DNA from: Hadesarchaea archaeon
GTDB taxonomy: Archaea > Hadarchaeota > Hadarchaeia > Hadarchaeales > Hadarchaeaceae
Length of the DNA stretch: 64,000 nt
Assembly (NCBI GenBank): GCA_004375695.1
Contig: SOKQ01000021.1
Span: 11,505-75,504 of the forward strand
Direction of reading: 5' to 3'
Under the pieces are notes generated by a model, which was not told the DNA's origin, ran no database searches, and was given only the letters and a program-made list of their open reading frames with translations. Each line of letters opens with the position of its first letter. The first letter of the stretch is position 1. The position numbers and the translations under genes were made by a program. Shown here piece by piece: positions 49,041 to 57,858 of the stretch.

Positions 49041-49796
49041 TCAGACATTGGAGCCAATCCATTCCTGAACAGCTTTGACGATGCGTTTTACGCTCTCCTC
49101 TATGAGGGTTTCTCCCTTTTCTTTAGAGGCTTCACTGACTCTTCCATGATAACCAGCCCAAGTCTCTCGATGAGTTTCCCCACACACTACATGAAGTGCC
49201 TCATTCGCGCTTCCGGGTTTTAGGTCGATGTCTTTTCCTTTGCTCAGTTCCACCGCCTCGGGTTTGATCGCTTGAACTACTGAAGTTTCCAGCGGACCAC
49301 CGTGACCGTGCCCCCCGCTTTGAGAGAAGAAGCCCAACGAATTAACGAAAGACTCTGGGAGCGTCTGCCACCAATTAATTAGCAGGACAAATCGGTCCGG
49401 AAATTCATCGGCAATAACCTCCCCCGCGGCCTTGACCACCTCGATATTTCCGTCGTGCGCGTTTAGCACGAGTATTCCTTTCACACCCGCTGCTAGGATG
49501 CCACGAAATACCTCGGTCAGATACTCGATCATTGCGTCTGTTCTTACGGACACGGTTCCCGGATATCCCTTGGTGGCTGATGGGCAATGACTGTAAGCAA
49601 TCAGGGGGAAAAGTACTCCCCCCAGTCTTTTTGCAACCCGTTCTGCGATAGCGGTGGCGATGATGCTGTCAGTGCCGAGTGGAGCGTGAGGCCCGTGGAA
49701 CTCGATACTCCCCATCGGAAGAATTCCCAGGGAGGCCCCGCGAAGCTGTTCCTTGGCACGAAATCCGGTAACGTTAAGAACCTCAACATGTTCCAT
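49041..49796 (-). CDS. creatininase-family amidohydrolase
   Basis: LGILPMGSIEFHGPHAPLGTDS N-terminal signature, 251 aa. Confidence 0.7.
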   Translation of the reverse strand: MEHVEVLNVTGFRAKEQLRGASLGILPMGSIEFHGPHAPLGTDSIIATAIAERVAKRLGGVLFPLIAYSHCPSATKGYPGTVSVRTDAMIEYLTEVFRGILAAGVKGILVLNAHDGNIEVVKAAGEVIADEFPDRFVLLINWWQTLPESFVNSLGFFSQSGGHGHGGPLETSVVQAIKPEAVELSKGKDIDLKPGSANEALHVVCGETHRETWAGYHGRVSEASKEKGETLIEESVKRIVKAVQEWIGSNV

Positions 49797-49855
49797 TCTA
49801 TCCTATCACCCATTTTCACTATTTTGATTTAAGATTGATGTAGAACGGCACAAAA

Positions 49856-49935
49856 TGGCGGGCCCGCGGGGATTCGAACCCCGGATTTGCAGCTTTCTTC
49901 GCCAAGATAGAAGGCTTGCGGGTGTTGCCACTTGC
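49856..49935 (-). repeat. partial tRNA-Arg(TCT) copy A (3' two-thirds, retains intron, carries a 13-nt insertion, ends ...CGGGCCC-G-CCA)
   Basis: Minus strand reads GCAAGTGGCAACACCCGCAAGCCTTCTA[TCTTGGCGAAGAA]AGCTGCAAATCCGGGGTTCGAATCCCCGCGGGCCCGCCA. It matches the full gene at 52143..52232. No matching 5' acceptor strand is found upstream. Confidence 0.6.
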
Positions 49936-49978
49936 TCTACGCGATTTGAATAGAGAAAAGACCTTCATTCAGTTTATT

Positions 49979-50015
49979 GACCGATAGGTTTATACAGTAA
50001 CCGATAGGTTTATAA
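49979..50015 (+). promoter_or_regulatory. tandem 15-nt direct repeat (accgataggtttata x2, 7-nt spacer) ending 4 nt upstream of the MNT gene start
   Basis: Exact duplication seen in sequence at 49979..49993 and 50001..50015. Confidence 0.35.
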
Positions 50016-50018
50016 GTT

Positions 50019-50582
50019 ATGCTACGAGAATTCAGGAAATTCAAAGGCTGGGTAATCCTCGAGTTCTTCCTCACTCATCCTAGCACCAAAATCCACTTCA
50101 AGGAACTTGTCCGCAAGCTCAGAGTGAGCCCAAGAACGGCACAGATATATCTCAAGACATTTGAGGACGATGGAATTTTGACGAAAGAGAGAGTCGGGAA
50201 CCTGACAATTTTTTCTTTAAATAACGAGTTGCAACTGGTTAGAGAATTAAAAAAAGCGCATTTTCTCCTCGCGCTGAATGAACTCGGGTTTCTTGATCAT
50301 TTTTTAAAAGGGAATTCTGGGGCTGTATCTCTAGCGTTATACGGTAGCTGCGCGGAGGGAACCTACGATGAAAAGAGTGATATTGATTTTTTAGTCATTA
50401 AACGCAGGGAAGTGGACAAACGTTCATTCAAAGAACTCGAAAAGTGGGCGAAGAAGGAGGTCCTCGTCACATGCATGGAACCCGTAGAATGGAATAGGAA
50501 AGCCAAGGAAAAAGATCCGTTTTATCGCAACGTCGTCAGAAAACACATCCTGCTCTATGGGGCCGATTTGGTGGTAGAGTGA
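50019..50582 (+). CDS. minimal nucleotidyltransferase (MNT) with N-terminal wHTH
   Basis: ALYGSCAEGTYDEKSDIDFLVI (GS-x9-13-DxD) Pol-beta-type NTase motif. Confidence 0.7.
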   Translation: MLREFRKFKGWVILEFFLTHPSTKIHFKELVRKLRVSPRTAQIYLKTFEDDGILTKERVGNLTIFSLNNELQLVRELKKAHFLLALNELGFLDHFLKGNSGAVSLALYGSCAEGTYDEKSDIDFLVIKRREVDKRSFKELEKWAKKEVLVTCMEPVEWNRKAKEKDPFYRNVVRKHILLYGADLVVE

Positions 50583-51007
50583 ACCTGCGTGAATGTTTTG
50601 AGAAGGGCTTGTTGGTAAAGGGGCGAGCGAGCGAGGCAACTGTTGAGAGCACTATCCGGTTGGCTAAGCATAGCATCGAGAGGGCCGAAGGAAATTTTAA
50701 CATGGAGTACTTCGATGTTGCGTTCACCCTAGCGTATCAAGCGATGCTACATGCTGCTAGAGCGCTTCTTTTCAGGGATGGGGTCAAAGAAAGGAGCCAT
50801 GCTTGTGTGGTAGTGTACCTAAAGGAGAAATACAGAAGAAATTCACGGTTGATTAAGTATTTCAATCTCTTGGACTCTTACAGGATCAGCCGGCACGAGA
50901 TAGTGTACAGAGGAGGTAACATCCCACGGGAGGAAGCTTCCAGCGTGATTGAAGACGCTAAAGATTTCCTAAATACTGTGGAAAATATTTTGAAGCCGCA
51001 GCGGTAA
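50579..51007 (+). CDS. HEPN domain protein (partner of MNT)
   Basis: 4-bp overlap with the MNT gene and an R-x4-H motif (RISRHE) in the C-terminal helix. Confidence 0.65.
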   Translation: MNLRECFEKGLLVKGRASEATVESTIRLAKHSIERAEGNFNMEYFDVAFTLAYQAMLHAARALLFRDGVKERSHACVVVYLKEKYRRNSRLIKYFNLLDSYRISRHEIVYRGGNIPREEASSVIEDAKDFLNTVENILKPQR

Positions 51008-51061
51008 AACGTCTTGTTTAGATATCGCAAAAAACTAGCTCAAATAAGCCCCCTTAAAAGT

Positions 51062-51113
51062 GGGCCCGCGGGGATTCGAACCATAGGTCTGCAGCTTAGA
51101 AGTCTGCCGCCTG
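51062..51113 (-). repeat. partial tRNA-Arg(TCT) copy B (3' part, intron-less, degenerate T-arm)
   Basis: Minus strand reads AGGCGGCAGACTTCTAAGCTGCAGACCTATGGTTCGAATCCCCGCGGGCCCAC. It matches the spliced form of the 52143..52232 gene from the D-stem 3' strand onward. Confidence 0.55.
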
Positions 51114-51145
51114 CGTGCTGACGCCGATTCCCTGTTTGGTATAAT

Positions 51146-52114
51146 ATGGTATTTAATATAAAGTCAGAGAAATCCATATATATTTATAAGACTGATATGG
51201 ATTTGACTAATATGGTAAATCAAGACATATTACTTGAGAAACTGCGTTCGATCCTCCTTGAACGGGTGAGTTTAGAGAACATCCCCGAGCCCGTGTGGAA
51301 GCGTACGGCGGCCCTTAACACATGGGGCACGAACGCGGTAGAGGGAAGCACGATCAGTTGGGAAGACGCGCAGCGCTTGCTCATTGATGGCAAGGGGGTC
51401 CCAGACAAGCCGGTGAGGGACATCATGGAGACGATTCAGCACGAGCGTGCATTCCGCTCGCTCCCGGAGCTTCGAGGGACGCCCTTGGATTTGAAACGCA
51501 TCCTCCAACTCCACGAATCCGTCTTCAGAGGAATCCTGTCCGACGCTGGCCAGTGGCGGCGGGCAAACGTCCGGGTGAGGGGGGCCGCCTTTACACCTCC
51601 GAGGATGGAAAAGGTCTTGGCAGAACTCGAGGTTTATGAGCAGGAGTACAGGAAACGGGATGTTGCAGGAGATGGGGTATTCAGGCTGGGCGCTTGGATG
51701 CATTTCGAGTTCGAACGCATTCACCCATTCACGGATGGAAACGGGCGGGTCGGCAGGCTGCTGCTGAACCTTCACTTCCTCAATCACAACTGGCCGCCAA
51801 TACATGTCCTCCCCCGCCATAGGGATAACTACCTCCACGCGCTGAACGAGGCTGCAAAGGGTAACCTCTCACCGCTGGAGCGCCTCCTGAAGCTCCTGAT
51901 GGGCGCTAGCCTCGTGGACCTTCTGCATCAACTGGGAACCTCCGTGGACGAGCTAATGGACCTGAAGGATATCTCAAAATTCGTGCCCTATGGACCAAAG
52001 TACTTGGCGCTCCGATGTCAACAGGGTGCCATACCCGCAGTTAAGACGGGCAGGGAATGGCAGACGAGCAGAAGGGTGCTTGATCTTTATTCCAAGCTTG
52101 TAGCTAGAAAGTAG
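51146..52114 (+). CDS. Fic/DOC family protein
   Basis: Canonical Fic motif HPFTDGNGRVGR. Start uncertain (several in-frame ATGs up to about 51212). Confidence 0.8.
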   Translation: MVFNIKSEKSIYIYKTDMDLTNMVNQDILLEKLRSILLERVSLENIPEPVWKRTAALNTWGTNAVEGSTISWEDAQRLLIDGKGVPDKPVRDIMETIQHERAFRSLPELRGTPLDLKRILQLHESVFRGILSDAGQWRRANVRVRGAAFTPPRMEKVLAELEVYEQEYRKRDVAGDGVFRLGAWMHFEFERIHPFTDGNGRVGRLLLNLHFLNHNWPPIHVLPRHRDNYLHALNEAAKGNLSPLERLLKLLMGASLVDLLHQLGTSVDELMDLKDISKFVPYGPKYLALRCQQGAIPAVKTGREWQTSRRVLDLYSKLVARK

Positions 52115-52142
52115 TTGGGATTTAGCTCCATTTGAAAAGGCG

Positions 52143-52232
52143 GGCCCGCGGGGATTCGAACCCCGGATCTGCAGCTTAGAAGGCTTGCGGGTCTGAGACT
52201 TGCCGCCTTATCCAGCTAGGCCACGGGCCCAT
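52143..52232 (-). tRNA. tRNA-Arg(TCT) with 16-nt intron inside the anticodon stem (about 29/30), CCA not encoded
   Basis: Minus strand reads GGGCCCG-TG-GCCT-AGCTGGATA-AGGC-G-GCA[AGTCTCAGACCCGCAA]GC-CTTCTAA-GCTGC-AGATC-CGGGG-TTCGAAT-CCCCG-CGGGCCC-G. After excision the product is 74 nt. Confidence 0.65.
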
Positions 52233-52287
52233 GTTGAATTTAACGCGAGATGATTTAATATGTATGATACAATTATTCACGGTACCC

Positions 52288-53637
52288 ATGTTGAAACTCT
52301 TCGGAACCTTCGGCGTTCGGGGCATCGCAAATCGAGAGTTGACCCCCAAGCTAGCGTTTGAGCTCGGTCTAGCCCTAGCAACACACCTGAATGGCAAGGG
52401 AAAAATCGCGGTTGGGCGCGATAATCGCACTTCAAGCGAGATGTTAGAGCATGCGCTGATCGCTGGCCTAACAGCTGGCGGGTGCGAAGTGCTTAAGCTA
52501 GGCCTAACCCCCACGCCTGTGCTCTCCTTCGCCATCCGCCACTTCTCGTGTGACGCGGGCGTCATCATCACCGCTTCCCACAATCCACCCGAGTACAACG
52601 GGATCAAGTTCTGGGATAGCGAGGGCGCTGGGTTCGAGCGCAAGCGCGAGCGGGAGATCGAGCGCATCGTTTTCAAAGGGGGAAAGCGGGCTGATTGGCA
52701 GCACATCGGGCGCGTAAGCGAGGCCGACCCTCTGGAGCCCTATATCGATGCCATGTTGAAGCGTGTCCCAAAGTTCAAGCGTGGACTAAAAGTGGTCGTA
52801 GATTGCGGTAATGCCACAGGCAGCGTGGTGACACCTCGTTTGCTTCGAGAACTTGGCTGCAAGGTGGTCTCGCTCAACTGCCAGCTAGACGGCACTTTTC
52901 CGGGGCGCAAGCTCGAGACGGTTCCAGAAAACTTGGGTGAGCTCGCTAAAACCGTCGTCGCCTGCAAGGCCGATTTGGGGGTAGCCCACGATGGTGACGC
53001 GGATCGAACGTTGATCGTGGATGAGCGAGGTGAGATTCTCAGCGGCGACCGCATTTTCGCACTCGTGGCGTTGCATTACCTTCGCGAACGGAAGCGCCCC
53101 CGCATCGTGACCACGGTGGCCACCAGCACGGTACTTGATGATGTAGCTTCGAAGCTCGGCGGAGAAATCGCACGCACGCGAGTGGGGGAGCCTGAGATTA
53201 TCGGGGAATTTCGAAAGCGGGGTGGCGACATTGGCGGCGAAGAGAACGGAGGCGTCATCTTCCCAGACTGGCTGCTCTGCCGTGAAGGTATCATGACCGC
53301 TGTGAAGTCCATTGAGCTGCTCGACCGTACTGGCATGAAGGTTTCGGAATTAAATTCCACGCTGCCTCGTTACTCGCAGATTAAGCAAAGAGCCAAATGC
53401 CCGAACGAGCTTAAGCCCAAAGTCCTCAAAGCTCTCGCCAAGCGCTTCGCTAAGTACAAATTGGACCGCACCGATGGTCTGCGGGTAATTTTCGATGACG
53501 GCTGGCTGCTGCTCCGGCCTTCTGGGACCGAGCCTATCTTTAGATGCTTCGCCGAGGCTCGCGATGAGGAGCGGGTAGAGAAGCTGGTAAAACTTGGGAT
53601 GCGAGAACTGAAGGAATGCATTCGAAAGTTGTCGTGA
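52288..53637 (+). CDS. phosphohexomutase (phosphoglucosamine mutase/phosphomannomutase family)
   Basis: TASHNPPEYNGIKF active-site Ser loop and GDGDADR metal loop. Start moved to ATG 52288 to clear the tRNA. Confidence 0.8.
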   Translation: MLKLFGTFGVRGIANRELTPKLAFELGLALATHLNGKGKIAVGRDNRTSSEMLEHALIAGLTAGGCEVLKLGLTPTPVLSFAIRHFSCDAGVIITASHNPPEYNGIKFWDSEGAGFERKREREIERIVFKGGKRADWQHIGRVSEADPLEPYIDAMLKRVPKFKRGLKVVVDCGNATGSVVTPRLLRELGCKVVSLNCQLDGTFPGRKLETVPENLGELAKTVVACKADLGVAHDGDADRTLIVDERGEILSGDRIFALVALHYLRERKRPRIVTTVATSTVLDDVASKLGGEIARTRVGEPEIIGEFRKRGGDIGGEENGGVIFPDWLLCREGIMTAVKSIELLDRTGMKVSELNSTLPRYSQIKQRAKCPNELKPKVLKALAKRFAKYKLDRTDGLRVIFDDGWLLLRPSGTEPIFRCFAEARDEERVEKLVKLGMRELKECIRKLS

Positions 53638-53659
53638 TTTTTCAACTTGGAGAGACGAA

Positions 53660-54694
53660 CTATCCCCGTTTGCTTGACGCGTGTTCACCAACGATGTTTA
53701 TTTTGGCCCCACACTTCGGGCACTGCTTATCTTTTAACTCATAGCGCGTGACGCTGAACCCGTAACGCTCGATTAGCAGCTCACCACACTTGGGGCAGTA
53801 AGTGTTGTCGGACTCGTGCCCGGGGACGTTTCCAATATAAATATAGTACAGCCCTGCTTCCTTGGCTATTTTCACCGCTCGCTCAAGCGTTTCTACCGGT
53901 GTTTGCGATCGGTCAGTCATTTTATAGTGGGGGTAGAATCGGCTGAAGTGGGTGGGAACCTCAGGGCCGAGTTTTTCAAAAACCCATTTACAGAATTTTC
54001 GGATTTCCTCAGGGCTGTCGTTCTCGCGGGGAACCACCAAATAAGTCACTTCTAGATGAATTCCATGCCCGACCATCCACTCGCAGGTTTCTAGGACTGG
54101 GTTGATGCTCGGAACCCCACATATCTTTCTGTAAAAATCGTCGTTAAACGCCTTGACATCGACATTGGCTGCGTCTAGATATGGCCCGAGCTCCTGCAAC
54201 GCGTCGATGGTTATGTAGCCGTTGGTCACGTATACGTTGTAAAGATTCTCGCGGTGTGCCAGTTTTCCTACATCGATAGCATATTCCGTCCAAATTGCTG
54301 GCTCAGTGTAAGTATGCGCTATGCCCTTGCAACCGTAGCGCTTGGTCAGTTCAATTGTTCGCTCGGGTGGAATGTCCTCGTGGGCGACCTTCTCGACGTT
54401 TACCTGCGAGATGGTCCAATTCTGACAGTGCAGACACTTGAAATTACAACCCGGGGCCGCGAGAGAAAAAACGCTGGTTCCTGGCCAAAAGTGATAAAGG
54501 GGTTTTTTCTCGATGGGGTCAGGCGTCATTGAAACGATTGAGCCGTAAACCAAGGTGTAGAATTCGCCGTCTTCGTTCTTTCGGGAACGACAGACGCCCA
54601 GCTTGCCAGGAGCTATCACACACCTCCATGGGCAAAGTGAGCAACGGACTTTCTTGTCCGGTAATTTCTCCCAAAATTTGGCGAGTTTTTTCAA
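53660..54694 (-). CDS. radical SAM enzyme, AmmeMemoRadiSam-system type (PflA-like)
   Basis: CSLCPWRC N-terminal Cys pair, radical-SAM CNFKCLHCQNW (CxxxCxxC), and a C-terminal CPKCG...CPKCG ribbon. Confidence 0.7.
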   Translation of the reverse strand: MKKLAKFWEKLPDKKVRCSLCPWRCVIAPGKLGVCRSRKNEDGEFYTLVYGSIVSMTPDPIEKKPLYHFWPGTSVFSLAAPGCNFKCLHCQNWTISQVNVEKVAHEDIPPERTIELTKRYGCKGIAHTYTEPAIWTEYAIDVGKLAHRENLYNVYVTNGYITIDALQELGPYLDAANVDVKAFNDDFYRKICGVPSINPVLETCEWMVGHGIHLEVTYLVVPRENDSPEEIRKFCKWVFEKLGPEVPTHFSRFYPHYKMTDRSQTPVETLERAVKIAKEAGLYYIYIGNVPGHESDNTYCPKCGELLIERYGFSVTRYELKDKQCPKCGAKINIVGEHASSKRG

Positions 54695-54737
54695 GCCGCC
54701 ACCAAAAGAAAATTAGTCAGTTTAAGCTTAAAGTTAC

Positions 54738-55055
54738 ATGTCAAACGTTGGACACCAAACTTTTCATAGGGCTGTGGAAATATCAAGTGGGGTCTGGATG
54801 GCCGAAAGGGAGAAAGAGGTCGGGCATAGCTCCAAGGAAATAGTCGAGTCATTCGCATGCGCGGCGGAGGGGCTTCCTAAGCTCAAGGAAACTTACTACA
54901 ACCAGGAGACTTACAACGTTGCACGTCCTGATGGCGAGCCCTCCCGCGAAGAAGAGCGAACTGAATTTCGAAAACGTTTTATCTCGATTATGCCGGGGGT
55001 GGACGAAAAGGGGAACCTCAGGGTGGAGGTGGCGAAGTGGGTCGAGGAACGCTAG
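54738..55055 (+). CDS. hypothetical protein (105 aa), overlaps gatA start by 19 nt
   Basis: Open frame only. No recognisable motif. Not GatC-like. Confidence 0.25.
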   Translation: MSNVGHQTFHRAVEISSGVWMAEREKEVGHSSKEIVESFACAAEGLPKLKETYYNQETYNVARPDGEPSREEERTEFRKRFISIMPGVDEKGNLRVEVAKWVEER

Positions 55056-56407
55056 AGAAACTTGGGGCAATCCAGCAGGGGGAGCTTTCAGCTACGAAAA
55101 ACGTGCAGCAAGCACTAGACCGAATCAAAAAGTTGGATAAAAAAATAAAGGCGTTCATTGAACTCAACCCAAATGCTCTTGCTGAGGCCGAGGCCATTGA
55201 CCGCAAGCTCAAGCGTGGAGAACTGGCGGGCAAGCTGGCTGGCCTCACGATCGGAATAAAGTCGAACATCAATGTCAAGGGGCTCCGGGCCACTTGTGCC
55301 TCTCGCACCCTGGAAGATTACGTCTCCCCTTACGACGCCGAGGTCATCCGAAGAGTCCGTGATGCAGGGGGCATAATAGTGGGTATGAACAACATGGATG
55401 AGTTCGCGTGCGGCTCGAGCGGCGAGACCAGCTCATTTGGTCCGACCGACAATCCTGCTGCACCAGGCCATATACCAGGGGGTTCGAGCAGCGGTAGTGC
55501 CGCAGCAATAGCAGCTGGGATGTGCGACCTCTGTCTGGGCACGGATACGGGCGGCGCAATTGGGAACCCTGCGAGCCATTGTGGGGTCGTTGGCATCAGA
55601 CCAACCCAAGGTTTGGTACCAGCCCACGGTTTGATCGAGTTAGCAGTAAGCTTTGATCAGGTCGGGCCGTTAGCGCCAGATGTCTACGGTGCAGCGCTGA
55701 TGTTGGAGATCATCGCGGGTCGCAACCCGAACGAGTGCACAGCTCTAGACTCCCCAAGCGTCAACTATTCAGATAAGCTCGACATCGACATCGAAAATAT
55801 TCGTGTAGGGACGAGCTCCAAGTTTAGAGAGCTAACGAGTCCCGCAATCATGAAGGTCATTGATGGCGCGGTCGAGAAACTGCATCATCTCGGAGCAGAG
55901 GTCGTAGAAGTTGAGCTTCCCAATCTCGAAAAGGGCCTGTCAGCATATTACGTGATTATGTCGGCCGAGTTCTTCTCCGCAACGCGCAAGTTCGACGGCC
56001 GCAAGTACGGGCGACGCATCGAAGAAGTTTGTGGTGATGAGGTCCTTCGTAGGATCAAGTGCGGGGAATACATCAGCCGCATGGAGCAGCGCGACAAGTA
56101 CTACAAACGCGCGCTACAAGTCCGCACGCTTATGAGGCGAGAGTTTAAGGAAGCGTTGGATAGAGTTGACGTCATCGTGGGGCCAACCGTGCCGAAGCTG
56201 CCCCATCAGTTGGGCACGAAGTTGTCCCCGGCCGAGATGTACGCATACGATTACCTGACTTCACCAATCAGCCTCGCTGGCATCTGTGCTGGAACCGTCA
56301 AAGCAGGTGAGGCTAGTGGCATCCCGGTTGGTCTGCAGGTGCAAGGCAAAGTGCTTGGTGAAGAGACAGTATTGCGCGTCATGCGTGCCTTGGAGGCTGT
56401 GAAATGA
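55037..56407 (+). CDS. gatA: Asp-tRNA(Asn)/Glu-tRNA(Gln) amidotransferase subunit A
   Basis: Amidase signature GGSSGGSAAA and Ser-cisSer-Lys context, 456 aa. Confidence 0.85.
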   Translation: MGRGTLEKLGAIQQGELSATKNVQQALDRIKKLDKKIKAFIELNPNALAEAEAIDRKLKRGELAGKLAGLTIGIKSNINVKGLRATCASRTLEDYVSPYDAEVIRRVRDAGGIIVGMNNMDEFACGSSGETSSFGPTDNPAAPGHIPGGSSSGSAAAIAAGMCDLCLGTDTGGAIGNPASHCGVVGIRPTQGLVPAHGLIELAVSFDQVGPLAPDVYGAALMLEIIAGRNPNECTALDSPSVNYSDKLDIDIENIRVGTSSKFRELTSPAIMKVIDGAVEKLHHLGAEVVEVELPNLEKGLSAYYVIMSAEFFSATRKFDGRKYGRRIEEVCGDEVLRRIKCGEYISRMEQRDKYYKRALQVRTLMRREFKEALDRVDVIVGPTVPKLPHQLGTKLSPAEMYAYDYLTSPISLAGICAGTVKAGEASGIPVGLQVQGKVLGEETVLRVMRALEAVK

Positions 56408-57858
56408 GGATGAAAATAGGGTTCGAGATCCACGAGCAGCTAGCAACCAAACGCAAATTATGCTGTGATTGCCCAACTGATTACAGGGAGGCTCCTCCAA
56501 ACACGAATGTATGTCCGATATGCACGGCCATGCCCGGTGCCAAGCCCATGCCACCAAACGTGAAGGCGGTTGATGCAGTAATCGAGCTTGCGCTGATGCT
56601 TGGCTGTGAGGTGGTGCTTGACCAACCGATCTACGTCCAACGCAAGCACTACGATTACCCCGACCTACCCGCTGGTTATCAACACTCGAGCACACCGATT
56701 GGCATAAACGGTGAGCTCGTGGGCGTCAGGATTCGAGAAGTGCATCTCGAGGAGGACCCGGGGGCATATGATCCTGTTGCAGGAACCGTAGATTTCAACC
56801 GCTGTGGAGTACCGCTCGTGGAGATAGTGACGGAGCCGGATATGCACTCGCCCGAGGAGGCCCGTAGATTCCTAAGACAGTTGATGCTTGTGCTCGACTA
56901 TTCAGGCAGAGTCAGGCCGGAACCGGGCACGCTGCGCGCAGATACCAATATTTCGCTTGAAGGTGGAACCCGAGTCGAAATAAAAAATATTAATTCAACT
57001 AAGGGGGCCTATCGCGCGGTCAAGTTCGAGGTTATGCGGCAGAAGGCTTTGATCGAGCGCGGGGCGGTTATCCCATATGAAACGCGTGCTTATCTGGAAA
57101 GTCAAATGATTACGGTACCCATGCGAATGAAAGTCGTAGATTTTCATGTTATACCGGATCCTGACATTTTCCCAATCGTCATAGATCGCGCACGTGTCGA
57201 GACGATCCGAAAGCGCATGGTCGAGGTACCTCACCAACGCGAGCAGCGATTGGTCAAACAGTATCAAATATCCCAAGCTGTGGCGGGAGTTATCGTCAGT
57301 GAACGAGAACTTGCAGACCTCTTCGAGGCTGTCGCAAAAGAGGTGGACCCGAAGCTCGTCGCGACTTGGTTCCAGACAAATCTCAAGAAGGTACTCAATT
57401 ATATGAAACTCCGCGCGGCGGATGTGCGGTTTACACCAGAGCAGTTCGGGGGATTGCTCCGAATGGTCAAGGATAAGCGGATAACTCCTGAACAGGGAGA
57501 GCTCGTGCTCCGGGAGCTCGTAAAGCAGCCAGCCGAACTCGAGAAGCTGCTTCGAAGGATTGGGATACCCATCACGGTTGAGCTCAGGGAGAAAATAAAA
57601 TTGGAAGACAGGCTAAAGGTAGTCCCCCTCAAACATGGTGAACTCGAGGCCGCCGTGGTCAAAACACTCGAGGAGAACCCCAAGGCGGTCGAGGACTACC
57701 TGAAGGGGCGAAAGGAGGCCTTGAATTTCTTGGCCGGAAAGGTGATGAAGCTCACGCGGGGGCGAGCTGACCCAAGGGAAATCCTAAAATTCCTGAGTGC
57801 GAAACTCAAGGGGAAGAAAAAGCGCCGTGTCAGTCGCCGAACAAAGCGTTCAAAATAA
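56404..57858 (+). CDS. gatB: Asp-tRNA(Asn)/Glu-tRNA(Gln) amidotransferase subunit B
   Basis: GFEIHEQL start, 484 aa, 4-bp overlap with gatA. Confidence 0.85.
   Translation: MRMKIGFEIHEQLATKRKLCCDCPTDYREAPPNTNVCPICTAMPGAKPMPPNVKAVDAVIELALMLGCEVVLDQPIYVQRKHYDYPDLPAGYQHSSTPIGINGELVGVRIREVHLEEDPGAYDPVAGTVDFNRCGVPLVEIVTEPDMHSPEEARRFLRQLMLVLDYSGRVRPEPGTLRADTNISLEGGTRVEIKNINSTKGAYRAVKFEVMRQKALIERGAVIPYETRAYLESQMITVPMRMKVVDFHVIPDPDIFPIVIDRARVETIRKRMVEVPHQREQRLVKQYQISQAVAGVIVSERELADLFEAVAKEVDPKLVATWFQTNLKKVLNYMKLRAADVRFTPEQFGGLLRMVKDKRITPEQGELVLRELVKQPAELEKLLRRIGIPITVELREKIKLEDRLKVVPLKHGELEAAVVKTLEENPKAVEDYLKGRKEALNFLAGKVMKLTRGRADPREILKFLSAKLKGKKKRRVSRRTKRSK

Noticed and set aside
49856-49935. Copy A as an independent functional tRNA gene
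   Set aside because: No complementary 5' acceptor strand (CGGGCCC on the forward strand) exists upstream. It also carries a 13-nt insertion disrupting the anticodon arm. Treated as an att/partial-copy remnant.
54738-55055. Possibility that the 105-aa ORF upstream of gatA is GatC
   Set aside because: Lacks the conserved hydrophobic-Ala-rich GatC helix pattern. It is divergent in sequence and overlaps gatA in an atypical way. Kept as a low-confidence hypothetical.
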